Origin: Verrucomicrobiota bacterium
GTDB lineage: Bacteria; Verrucomicrobiota; Verrucomicrobiia; Limisphaerales; UBA9464
Length of the DNA stretch: 64,000 nucleotides
Reading direction: 5' to 3'
NCBI GenBank assembly: GCA_016871805.1
Contig: VHCG01000009.1
Coordinates: forward strand, 6,545-70,544
Position 1 is the stretch's first letter; the number at the start of each line of letters is the position of its first letter. The notes beneath the pieces were generated by a model that ran no database searches, was not told the DNA's origin, and saw only the letters and a program-made list of their open reading frames with translations. A program made the position numbers and the translations under genes. This document shows, one piece after another, positions 19,026-27,020 of the stretch.

Positions 19026-19830
19026 TCGCTGGATTCCCGGTCCCTCCAGGGGCTTCGAGCGGGAATTTTCTAAATCCAGTCAGCTGGAGCGTTGCGAGCC
19101 AGAGGAACCGCGGCACGACCCTGGAATACCTCGGCCAGAGCCGCTTGAAATCCTTGGTGAGACGGAAAAGCCACTCGAGACCCGAGCGCTGGATCCAGCG
19201 CGGAGCCTGCGTCACCCGTCCGGTGTGGAAGTCGAAGGCGGCCCCGACTCCCAGCATGATCCGGGCTCCCAGTGGTTCGAGATGTGCGGCCATGAAGCGC
19301 TCCTGCTTCGGGGTGCTCAGACCGATCCAGACGAAATCCGGATCCTTCTGGTGGAGTTCCGCTGCGAGCGCATCGATCTCGGAGGGCTGCAGGGGACGGA
19401 ACGGTGGCGTGTGCGTCCCCACAATCCGGATGCCGGGAAAACGCTGTTCCAGACGCAGTTTGAGATCCTGAGCCACTCCGGTGTTGCCCCCCAGGAAGTA
19501 GTGGGTCGCCCCGCTTTCCAGGGACCACGACATCATCCGTTCCATCAGATCCGGTCCGTAGACTCGCCCCATGGTCCCATATCCCTGAAGCCGTCCCATC
19601 CAGACCATGGGCATGCCGTCCGGAGTCGACAGGAGCGAGGCGTTGTGGATGTGCCGCAATGAGGGGTCGTCCTGCGACTCGATTACCCCGTGGGCGCCTG
19701 TGAAGGTGACGAAGCCGCGGCGGCCCGCGGCCCGGGCCCGGGCGAGGGCCTCCACGGCGCCGGCGAGGTTGAGCGCCGAGATGCCGACGCCGAGGACATT
19801 GACCCGGGGAGGTGGAACAAACTCGGGCAT
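19000..19830 (-). CDS. WecB/TagA/CpsF family glycosyltransferase (ManNAc/ManNAcA transferase type)
   Basis: Motifs are VNVLGVGISALNLAGAVEAL, FVTFTGAHGVIESQDD, DFVWIGLSTPKQERFM and GVGAAFDFHTG. Its 3' end overlaps the convergent moeA end by 26 nt. Confidence 0.85.
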   Translation of the reverse strand: MPEFVPPPRVNVLGVGISALNLAGAVEALARARAAGRRGFVTFTGAHGVIESQDDPSLRHIHNASLLSTPDGMPMVWMGRLQGYGTMGRVYGPDLMERMMSWSLESGATHYFLGGNTGVAQDLKLRLEQRFPGIRIVGTHTPPFRPLQPSEIDALAAELHQKDPDFVWIGLSTPKQERFMAAHLEPLGARIMLGVGAAFDFHTGRVTQAPRWIQRSGLEWLFRLTKDFKRLWPRYSRVVPRFLWLATLQLTGFRKFPLEAPGGTGNPAINPTGSNG

Positions 19831-19853
19831 GGAAGGTGGACGGTGAAGTCGTG

Positions 19854-20714
19854 TCAGAGCCGACCGTTGTCGATGAGTCGGGTGGCACCGACCCGGACCG
19901 CCAGTGCCATGTGGCTCCCACGTCGGACGGTTCGGACCGGTTTCAGGGACTCCGGGTCGAAGAACTCGACGTAGTCGAGCCGGGCCGAAGGGTATTGCGA
20001 CACCTCCTTCCTGACCCGGGCCTTGAGGAGAGGGGCCGCGACCACGCCGCGGCGGACTGCCTTTCGGCAGAGGTCGAGGCTCCGGACGAGGGCCACCGCC
20101 CGGGGGCGCTCTTCCGGGGACAGGTATTTGTTCCTGGAACTCAGGGCCACTCCATCGACGTCACGTCGGGTGGGGGCCACCACCACCTGGATGGGGAAGT
20201 TGAGATTCTGGACCATGCGGCGGACCACCTGGGCCTGCTGCCAATCCTTGGCGCCGAACACGGCTGAGTCGGGTTGGACGCACAGGAACAGCTTGGCGAC
20301 GATCGTGGTCACGCCGCGGAAATGGGTCGGCCTGGAGGCCCCCTCCATCCCTCGGGACAGGCGGTCCTCGACCACATAGGTGGAGAATTGTCCGGTCTCC
20401 TCGCCAGGATACATGGAGGCATCCGAGGGCAGGAACGCGGCGTCGACGCCCGCCTCCCGGCAGAGGAACAGGTCCCTGGGAAGGTCCCTCGGATAAAGGG
20501 ACAGGTCCTCCGTGGGAGCGAACTGGGTGGGGTTCACATAGATGCTGACGACGACGATGCCCCCGGGCCCTGCCCGTTTCCGTGCCTCATGGACCAGGCT
20601 GATGTGACCCTCGTGCAGGTATCCCATGGTCGGCACGAAGGCGATCCGCAGGCCGTCCCGGTGCCACGACCTGGCCCGTCGCTGCATGGCAGCGGGTGTC
20701 TTGATGATGAGCAC
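19854..20714 (-). CDS. panC: Pantoate--beta-alanine ligase
   Basis: Motif AFVPTMGYLHEGHISLV. A GTG at 20712-20714 gives (M)LIIKTPAAMQRR..., which lines up with the usual PanC N-terminus of the MLIIET... type. The track start at 20786 adds 24 residues with no homology. Confidence 0.9.
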   Translation of the reverse strand: MLIIKTPAAMQRRARSWHRDGLRIAFVPTMGYLHEGHISLVHEARKRAGPGGIVVVSIYVNPTQFAPTEDLSLYPRDLPRDLFLCREAGVDAAFLPSDASMYPGEETGQFSTYVVEDRLSRGMEGASRPTHFRGVTTIVAKLFLCVQPDSAVFGAKDWQQAQVVRRMVQNLNFPIQVVVAPTRRDVDGVALSSRNKYLSPEERPRAVALVRSLDLCRKAVRRGVVAAPLLKARVRKEVSQYPSARLDYVEFFDPESLKPVRTVRRGSHMALAVRVGATRLIDNGRL

Positions 20715-20846
20715 GGGACGAGGCTGCCATGGATGGGGCGAACGGGACAGGCCATCTGTGGCCCTCGGTGTCTGGAACCGAACCATTGAGTCCTCGAATG
20801 AATCCGGACCTTGTCTCCCGGACGGTCCCGTCTAGAGTCGTCCCGG

Positions 20847-21230
20847 ATGGATTCGCAACTCGCCCAATACCTCCCGGTCCTCCTGCTGCTTCTGGTGGCC
20901 ATGGGATTTGCCTTTGGCACCTTGGTGGTCTCCGTGCTGCTCGGGAAGCGGGGACGTCGTACCCGCACCAAGGACATCCCCTACGAGTGCGGCATGGTCC
21001 CCCAGGGAGAGGGGACCTCCCGCCTTTCCGTAAAGTTTTATCTCGTGGCGCTGCTCTTCGTGCTCTTCGACATCGAGGTGGTCTTCATGTACCCATGGGC
21101 GGTGGTGTACAAGGACCTGCTGAAGGAGAATGCCAGCCTGATCCTCGGGGGAATGGTCAGTTTCATGGGGGTCCTGTTCGTGGGTTACCTCTACGCGTTG
21201 AGGAAGCGCGCCTTCGACTGGACTCGGTAG
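20847..21230 (+). CDS. nuoA: NADH-quinone oxidoreductase subunit A (NuoA/ND3), not followed by nuoB
   Basis: ATG 20847 gives MDSQLAQYLPVLLLLLVAMGFAF...YECGM...KFYLVALLFVLFDIEVVFMYPWA. The next gene downstream is nadB. Confidence 0.85.
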   Translation: MDSQLAQYLPVLLLLLVAMGFAFGTLVVSVLLGKRGRRTRTKDIPYECGMVPQGEGTSRLSVKFYLVALLFVLFDIEVVFMYPWAVVYKDLLKENASLILGGMVSFMGVLFVGYLYALRKRAFDWTR

Positions 21231-21292
21231 TCCGAGGGGTCCCCGAGCTCGGGTGTCCTGCGGCCTGCCGTTGACCTAGACCGTAGACCTCC

Positions 21293-22918
21293 ATGGCGAC
21301 ACACCGGCGAGACTTCGACTTCATCGTCCTTGGAAGCGGCATTGCCGGCCTCAACTTTGCCCTGCGTGTCGCCAGCCAGGGTCGGGTTGCGGTGGTGACC
21401 AAGAAGAACCGGGCGGATTCGAACACCAATTGGGCCCAGGGTGGCATCGCCAGCGTCACCAGCCCGGAGGACTCCTTCGACCTGCACATCCGGGATACGC
21501 TCGAGGCGGGTGCGGGGTTGTGTCGGGAGGACGTCGTCCGGACGGTGGTGGAGGAGGGGCCGGCACGGATCCGGGAACTCCTCGAACTCGGTGCCCGGTT
21601 CTCCGAACGGGAAATCCCGCAGTCCCTGGGCCAACGTGAGCTGGACCTGACCCGAGAGGGTGGCCATTCCAAACGGCGGGTCCTCCATGCGGCCGACGCC
21701 ACCGGTGCTGAACTCGAACGGACCTTCCTCAGGGTCGTTGGAGGACAGCCTTCGGTGGTCTTTTTTGAGGATCACCTCGCTATCGACCTGATCACCTCCG
21801 CCAAGCTGGGGTTGACGGGGCCGAACCGGGTGTTGGGAGTCTATGTCCTAGATCGGGTCCGCCAGCAGGTGGAGGTATTCGCCGCCCCGGTTGTCGTGCT
21901 GGCCACGGGCGGCAGTGGCAAGGCGTATCTCTACACGACCAATCCCGACATCGCCACCGGCGACGGGGTGGCCATGGCCTATCGGGCGGGGTTGCCCGTC
22001 GCAAATCTCGAGTTCGTCCAGTTCCATCCCACCTGCCTCTACCATCCCCAGGTCCGCAATTTTCTGATCACCGAGGCGGTCCGCGGCGAGGGAGCGGTGC
22101 TGCGAGGGGCCGACGGGAACCGGTTCATGGACGGCTATGATCCACGGGCTGAACTCGCCCCGCGGGATGTTGTGGCCCGGGCGATCGACTCGGAGATGAA
22201 GAAGACCGGGGCCGACTGTGTCTTTCTGGATCTCACCCACCTGAAGGCTGAATTCATCAGCGGGCACTTTCCGACGATCCATTCGCGGTGCCTGGAGCTG
22301 GGTCTCGACATCACCCGGCAGCCCATTCCGGTGGTGCCTGCCGCCCACTACCAATGCGGAGGTGTGGTCGCCACGGTCGATGGCGAGACGGAGATCGAGG
22401 GACTCTTCGCCATTGGTGAGGTGGCCTGCACCGGTCTCCACGGCGCCAATCGGCTCGCCAGCAATTCCCTGCTCGAGGCGCTTGTCTGTTCCCACAGGGC
22501 AGCGGCTCAGGCTCTTGTCTCCACGGTCGGCCAAGCGGGGGCCGTCATCCCGGAATGGCAGGTCGGATCGGCCACGGACCCCGATGAACTTGTCGTGGTC
22601 GCCCACAACTGGGACGAGATCCGTCGTGCCATGTGGGATTACGTCGGGATCGTCCGAACAACGAAGCGCCTGCGACGCGCCGAGACCCGTCTGCGGAACC
22701 TCAGCGGGGAGATCCGGGAATTCTATTGGAACTTCCGGGTCACGGCCGATCTCCTCGAGCTCCGCAACCTCGCCACCATGGCGGAATTGATCGTCGCCTT
22801 CGCCCTCCGACGCCCGGAAAGCCGAGGCCTGCAGTACAACCTCGACTTCCCCAGTCCCGATCCCGCATGGGCCGCGCGGGACACCCGGATCCGTCGAGGA
22901 GAGCCCGGGGCTCCCTGA
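21293..22918 (+). CDS. nadB: L-aspartate oxidase
   Basis: FAD motif DFIVLGSGIAGL, plus WAQGGIA, FVQFHPT, SEAVRGEGA and GLHGANRLASNSLLE. Confidence 0.93.
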   Translation: MATHRRDFDFIVLGSGIAGLNFALRVASQGRVAVVTKKNRADSNTNWAQGGIASVTSPEDSFDLHIRDTLEAGAGLCREDVVRTVVEEGPARIRELLELGARFSEREIPQSLGQRELDLTREGGHSKRRVLHAADATGAELERTFLRVVGGQPSVVFFEDHLAIDLITSAKLGLTGPNRVLGVYVLDRVRQQVEVFAAPVVVLATGGSGKAYLYTTNPDIATGDGVAMAYRAGLPVANLEFVQFHPTCLYHPQVRNFLITEAVRGEGAVLRGADGNRFMDGYDPRAELAPRDVVARAIDSEMKKTGADCVFLDLTHLKAEFISGHFPTIHSRCLELGLDITRQPIPVVPAAHYQCGGVVATVDGETEIEGLFAIGEVACTGLHGANRLASNSLLEALVCSHRAAAQALVSTVGQAGAVIPEWQVGSATDPDELVVVAHNWDEIRRAMWDYVGIVRTTKRLRRAETRLRNLSGEIREFYWNFRVTADLLELRNLATMAELIVAFALRRPESRGLQYNLDFPSPDPAWAARDTRIRRGEPGAP

Positions 22919-23046
22919 GGAGCCCTACCCAGTCCTAGGGCATTCACCCTAGACTCCCTGCCGACAAAAACCTATTGACCCCTATTTTCAAAAACGCATC
23001 ATCTCATCCAGATACATCAATAAGAAAAATGAAAACACAGTAAAAT

Positions 23047-24225
23047 ATGAGCAAACGATTCATCTTCTCATCCGAATCTGTAGGTGAAGGTCATCCGGAC
23101 AAGGTGTGCGACACGATCTCGGATGCCGTCCTCGACGCCTGTCTGGAGCAGGACAAGCACAGCCGGGTTGCTTGCGAGACCTATGCGAAGTCCAACGTGG
23201 TGGTGATCGGTGGTGAAATCACCACCAAGGCCAAGCTCGACTACTCGGCAATCGCCCGGAAGGCGATCCGCGACATCGGCTACGTGAACGACGACGACGT
23301 GTTTCATGCCGACAAGGTCTTCGTGAATCTGCTCGTCACGCAGCAGTCGCCGGACATCGCCCAGGGCGTGGATGCCAAGGCGGCGAAGGGCAAGAAGAAG
23401 GCGGAGCAGGGCGCCGGTGACCAGGGGCTCATGTTCGGATATGCCTGTGACGAGACCCGTGAACTGATGCCCTGCCCGATCATGTTCGCCCACCGTCTCG
23501 GTCGGCGTCTGACCAAGCTCCGCAAGGCGGGCAAGGTCGACTGGCTGCGGCCCGACGCGAAGTCCCAGGTGTCGGTCGAGTATGTCGATGGCAAGCCGGT
23601 CCGGATCTCCAACGTGGTCATATCGACCCAGCATGCGGCCTCGGTCGAGCACAAGGAGATCGAGGAGTTCTGCATCGAGGAAGTGATCAAGAAGGAGCTT
23701 CCTGCGGGCCTGCTCTCCAAGGACACCCTGTTCCTCATCAACCCCACGGGTCGTTTCGTGGTGGGTGGTCCCCAGGGCGACACCGGCCTGACGGGCCGCA
23801 AGATCATCGTCGACACCTATGGTGGGTGGGGACGTCACGGGGGTGGCGCCTTCTCGGGCAAGGATCCGAGCAAGGTCGACCGCAGCGCCGCCTACATGGG
23901 TCGCTACGTGGCCAAGAACATCGTCGCCGCCGGTCTGGCCTCGCACGCCGAGATCCAGTTCGCCTATGCCATCGGCTATCCTGATCCGGTCAGCGTGTTT
24001 GTCTCGACCTTCGGAACGGCTCGCGAGGGTCTGACCGACCAGCAGATCACCAAGGCGGTGGAATCCGTCTTCAGCTTCAAGCCTGCCGACATCGTCAAGC
24101 AGCTCAACCTGCTCCGTCCGATCTACGGCAAGACCACCAACTACGGACACTTCGGCAAGATCGACGCCGACCTGCCTTGGGAGAAGACCGACAAGGTCCA
24201 GGCCCTCAAGAAGGCGATCAAGTAA
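23047..24225 (+). CDS. metK: S-adenosylmethionine synthetase
   Basis: Motifs are [49 protein letters not shown] and [16 protein letters not shown]. Confidence 0.97.
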   Translation: MSKRFIFSSESVGEGHPDKVCDTISDAVLDACLEQDKHSRVACETYAKSNVVVIGGEITTKAKLDYSAIARKAIRDIGYVNDDDVFHADKVFVNLLVTQQSPDIAQGVDAKAAKGKKKAEQGAGDQGLMFGYACDETRELMPCPIMFAHRLGRRLTKLRKAGKVDWLRPDAKSQVSVEYVDGKPVRISNVVISTQHAASVEHKEIEEFCIEEVIKKELPAGLLSKDTLFLINPTGRFVVGGPQGDTGLTGRKIIVDTYGGWGRHGGGAFSGKDPSKVDRSAAYMGRYVAKNIVAAGLASHAEIQFAYAIGYPDPVSVFVSTFGTAREGLTDQQITKAVESVFSFKPADIVKQLNLLRPIYGKTTNYGHFGKIDADLPWEKTDKVQALKKAIK

Positions 24226-24263
24226 ACTGCACTGTCCCAAAATACATTCCATTCCAACACACC

Positions 24264-25763
24264 ATGGCCAAGACCAAGAAAGCCACAGCTGCAGCGGCAC
24301 TCGCCGATGTGGCGGCAGCCCTGCCCAACCTCGCCGGATTCGCGGCGAACACTCCCAAGGGGTCCGACTACATCGTTCGCGACATCGCGCTCGCCGAGTG
24401 GGGGCGCAAGGAAATCGCTATCGCCGAGCATGAGATGCCCGGTCTGATGTCGGTTCGCGAAAAGTACGCCAAGAAGAAGCCCCTCAATGGTGTTCGCGTC
24501 ACCGGATCGCTGCACATGACGATCCAGACCGCGGTCCTCATCGAGACCCTGGTGGATCTCGGTGCGAAGGTCCGCTGGGCCTCGTGCAACATCTTCTCCA
24601 CCCAGGACCACGCCGCCTCCGCCATCGCGGCCACCGGCACCCCGGTGTTCGCCTGGAAGGGCGAGACCCTGGAGGAGTACTGGGAGCTCACCCTCAAGGC
24701 CATCCTGTTCCCCGGGGATCAGGGACCACAGCTTGTGGTCGACGACGGCGGCGATGTCACCCTCCTGATCCACAAGGGCTACGAGCTCGAGCAGGGTTCC
24801 AAGTGGGCCTACGAGCCGACCGACAACCATGAGGTGTCCATCGTGAAGGCCCTTCTCCGCCGCGTGGCGAAGGAAAAGCCCGGCGTCTGGACCAAGATCG
24901 TCAAGGACTGGAAGGGCGTCTCGGAGGAGACGACCACCGGAGTGCATCGCCTCTACCAGATGCAGGAGGCCGGCAAGCTACTGGTCCCGGCGATCAACGT
25001 GAACGACTCCGTCACGAAGTCGAAGTTCGACAACCTGTACGGCTGCCGCGAGTCGCTGGCCGACGGTCTCAAGCGCGCCACCGATGTCATGCTCGCCGGC
25101 AAGGTCGCCGTCGTCTGCGGCTATGGCGACGTCGGCAAGGGCTGCGCCCACTCGCTGCGGGCCTATGGGTCGCGCGTCGTCGTCACCGAGATCGACCCCA
25201 TCAACGCCCTGCAAGCCGCGATGGAGGGCTTCGAGGTCAACACCATCGAGTCCACCCTCGGCACGGGCGACATCTACGTCACCACGACCGGCAATTGCGA
25301 CATCATCACGGTCGATCATCTGCTCAAGATGAAGGACCAGGCGATCGTCTGTAACATCGGCCACTTCGACAACGAGATCCAGGTCGAGGGCCTGAAGAAG
25401 GCCAAGGGAGTCCGCATCGAGAACATCAAGCCCCAGTACGACCGGTATCATCTCCCCGGCAACAAGAGCGTCTACCTGCTCGCCGAGGGCCGCCTGGTGA
25501 ACTTGGGTTGCGCGACGGGTCATCCGTCGTTCGTGATGTCCAACTCGTTCACCAACCAGACCCTTGCCCAGATCGATCTCTGGGCGAATCGGGACAAGTA
25601 CCAGAAGACGGTCTACCGCCTGCCCAAGAAGCTCGACGAGGAGGTCGCACGCCTCCACCTTGAGAAGATAGGGGTCAAGCTCACGAAGCTGACCAAGGCC
25701 CAGGCCGACTACCTTGGCGTCGCGGCCGACGGTCCGTACAAGCCGGAGCACTATCGGTACTGA
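24264..25763 (+). CDS. ahcY: Adenosylhomocysteinase
   Basis: ATG 24264 gives ...[23 protein letters not shown]. The protein also has DDGGD, TTTGV and the NAD site [10 protein letters not shown], and it ends HYRY. The track start at 24177 overlaps the metK 3' end. Confidence 0.95.
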   Translation: MAKTKKATAAAALADVAAALPNLAGFAANTPKGSDYIVRDIALAEWGRKEIAIAEHEMPGLMSVREKYAKKKPLNGVRVTGSLHMTIQTAVLIETLVDLGAKVRWASCNIFSTQDHAASAIAATGTPVFAWKGETLEEYWELTLKAILFPGDQGPQLVVDDGGDVTLLIHKGYELEQGSKWAYEPTDNHEVSIVKALLRRVAKEKPGVWTKIVKDWKGVSEETTTGVHRLYQMQEAGKLLVPAINVNDSVTKSKFDNLYGCRESLADGLKRATDVMLAGKVAVVCGYGDVGKGCAHSLRAYGSRVVVTEIDPINALQAAMEGFEVNTIESTLGTGDIYVTTTGNCDIITVDHLLKMKDQAIVCNIGHFDNEIQVEGLKKAKGVRIENIKPQYDRYHLPGNKSVYLLAEGRLVNLGCATGHPSFVMSNSFTNQTLAQIDLWANRDKYQKTVYRLPKKLDEEVARLHLEKIGVKLTKLTKAQADYLGVAADGPYKPEHYRY

Positions 25764-25822
25764 GTTCCGACCCGGCCCCGGCGGCCCGGCCCTGTGCTGG
25801 ACCCAAAGCGGTCACTGACACT

Positions 25823-25852
25823 CGGGCGGCCTTCCGGAAGGGAGGCCGCCCG
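25823..25852. terminator. GC-rich hairpin between convergent ahcY and an OMP gene (weak T-tract)
   Basis: CGGGCGGCCT-(10 nt)-AGGCCGCCCG is followed by TTCTG. Its position, 60 nt after the ahcY stop, fits a terminator, but the U-tract is poor. Confidence 0.4.
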
Positions 25853-25956
25853 TTCTGCGTGACGGGGGATGTCCGTTAACCGTCCAATGGGGCCGGAGAT
25901 GGACCCTGTTTTCGACCCTGTGCTGGACCCGGACCCACGGTCCTTGGACTCACCGT

Positions 25957-26997
25957 TCAGAACGAGAACTGCAGGCCGGCGCTGCCGCCGTAGTTGGCAC
26001 CGAAGTCGAACTTCGCCTCGTAGCCCAGGCCATTGAGCTGGAAGGCTCCATTGTAGGCCACCTCGAGCCCGGCGTAGATCCCGAGCCACGGGAGGACCCG
26101 ATATTCTCCGCGGACCTGCAGGTATCCTCCGGGCAGCCAGTCGCCGGAGGAGGTCTGGACCGACTGCACGGTGCTGGGGATGGCGGGATTGGTGTAGGTG
26201 GTGCTCTGGATGAAGGTCGCGTTGCCCTGGGCGTAGATGGACGTGAAGCCGAGGCTGGCCTCGAGATCCCACTTCGGCGTGAGGGGATAGGTCATCCAGG
26301 CTCCGACGCGCGCCGTGTAGAAGTCGGAGGCGAAGCTCGTGGCCAGCGACGAAGTGGCCCGGGAGGCGACCGGCGCCTGGGGCTGTGGCGTGAGGGAGAT
26401 CATCGGACCCGGCACTGCGAACGATCCCGAGTAGGGCGGGAGAGGCGGGGTGATGCCGCCGAGATCATAGGCATCCCGCTGCTGGATCACATCGCTGCCC
26501 ACCGTGGCCTGGTCACTCCCGGAGTACCGACCCTGGCGGAAGCCGAGCTCGAAGCCGAAGTGGGTGTCCTTCCGAAGCATCTCGAACTGATAGAAGTCGA
26601 ATCCAACGAGGATTTCCGGGCCGAACAGCGAGGGATCCTTGAACCCGTTCAGCGAACCAACGGTGGCGAGGTTGTCGACCCGGCTGTACTGGAGCTGCCC
26701 GTTCGCCACCTGGCCCGGATCCGTGTAGCCCCAGTTCCAGGTCAGGCCCTGGGCTCTCTGGCTGATGTCGGGCTGGACATAGCCGTTGTCATAGATGCCA
26801 GGCGTGGGTGCCGACCCCGGTCCGGTCCGGTTGACCGAGAGCTTCATCCCCATCTGGATGTAGGCTCCCGTGCGGACATACCATCCGGCCTTCTCGAGGT
26901 CGTACGGCGAGTCCTGCGCCAGCAGGGGCAGCCCTGCGAGTGTGGCGGTCGATGCCGCGAGGAGTTTCGGGGTCAAGGATCGGAGGGAGGTTCGCAT
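25957..26997 (-). CDS. Outer-membrane beta-barrel protein (porin-like, unknown family)
   Basis: Signal peptide ...LAASTATLAGLPLLAQD. Aromatic and glycine-rich strands alternate through the body. The C-terminus ...GGSAGLQFSF ends in a terminal Phe, as expected for a BAM substrate. Confidence 0.65.
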   Translation of the reverse strand: MRTSLRSLTPKLLAASTATLAGLPLLAQDSPYDLEKAGWYVRTGAYIQMGMKLSVNRTGPGSAPTPGIYDNGYVQPDISQRAQGLTWNWGYTDPGQVANGQLQYSRVDNLATVGSLNGFKDPSLFGPEILVGFDFYQFEMLRKDTHFGFELGFRQGRYSGSDQATVGSDVIQQRDAYDLGGITPPLPPYSGSFAVPGPMISLTPQPQAPVASRATSSLATSFASDFYTARVGAWMTYPLTPKWDLEASLGFTSIYAQGNATFIQSTTYTNPAIPSTVQSVQTSSGDWLPGGYLQVRGEYRVLPWLGIYAGLEVAYNGAFQLNGLGYEAKFDFGANYGGSAGLQFSF

Positions 26998-27020
26998 GGG
27001 GCGTTGTGTGCGGAGACGGA

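Noticed and set aside
22919-23046. SAM riboswitch upstream of metK
   Set aside because: The leader is A/C-rich and nearly devoid of G. It cannot form the GC-paired helices of the SAM-I, II, IV, V or SAM/SAH classes as far as I can see. Only a short 6-bp hairpin (CTAGGG...CCCTAG, 22934-22951) is present.
23068-24300. 410-aa ORF antisense to metK
   Set aside because: It lies opposite one of the most strongly recognisable genes in the window and has shadow-frame composition.
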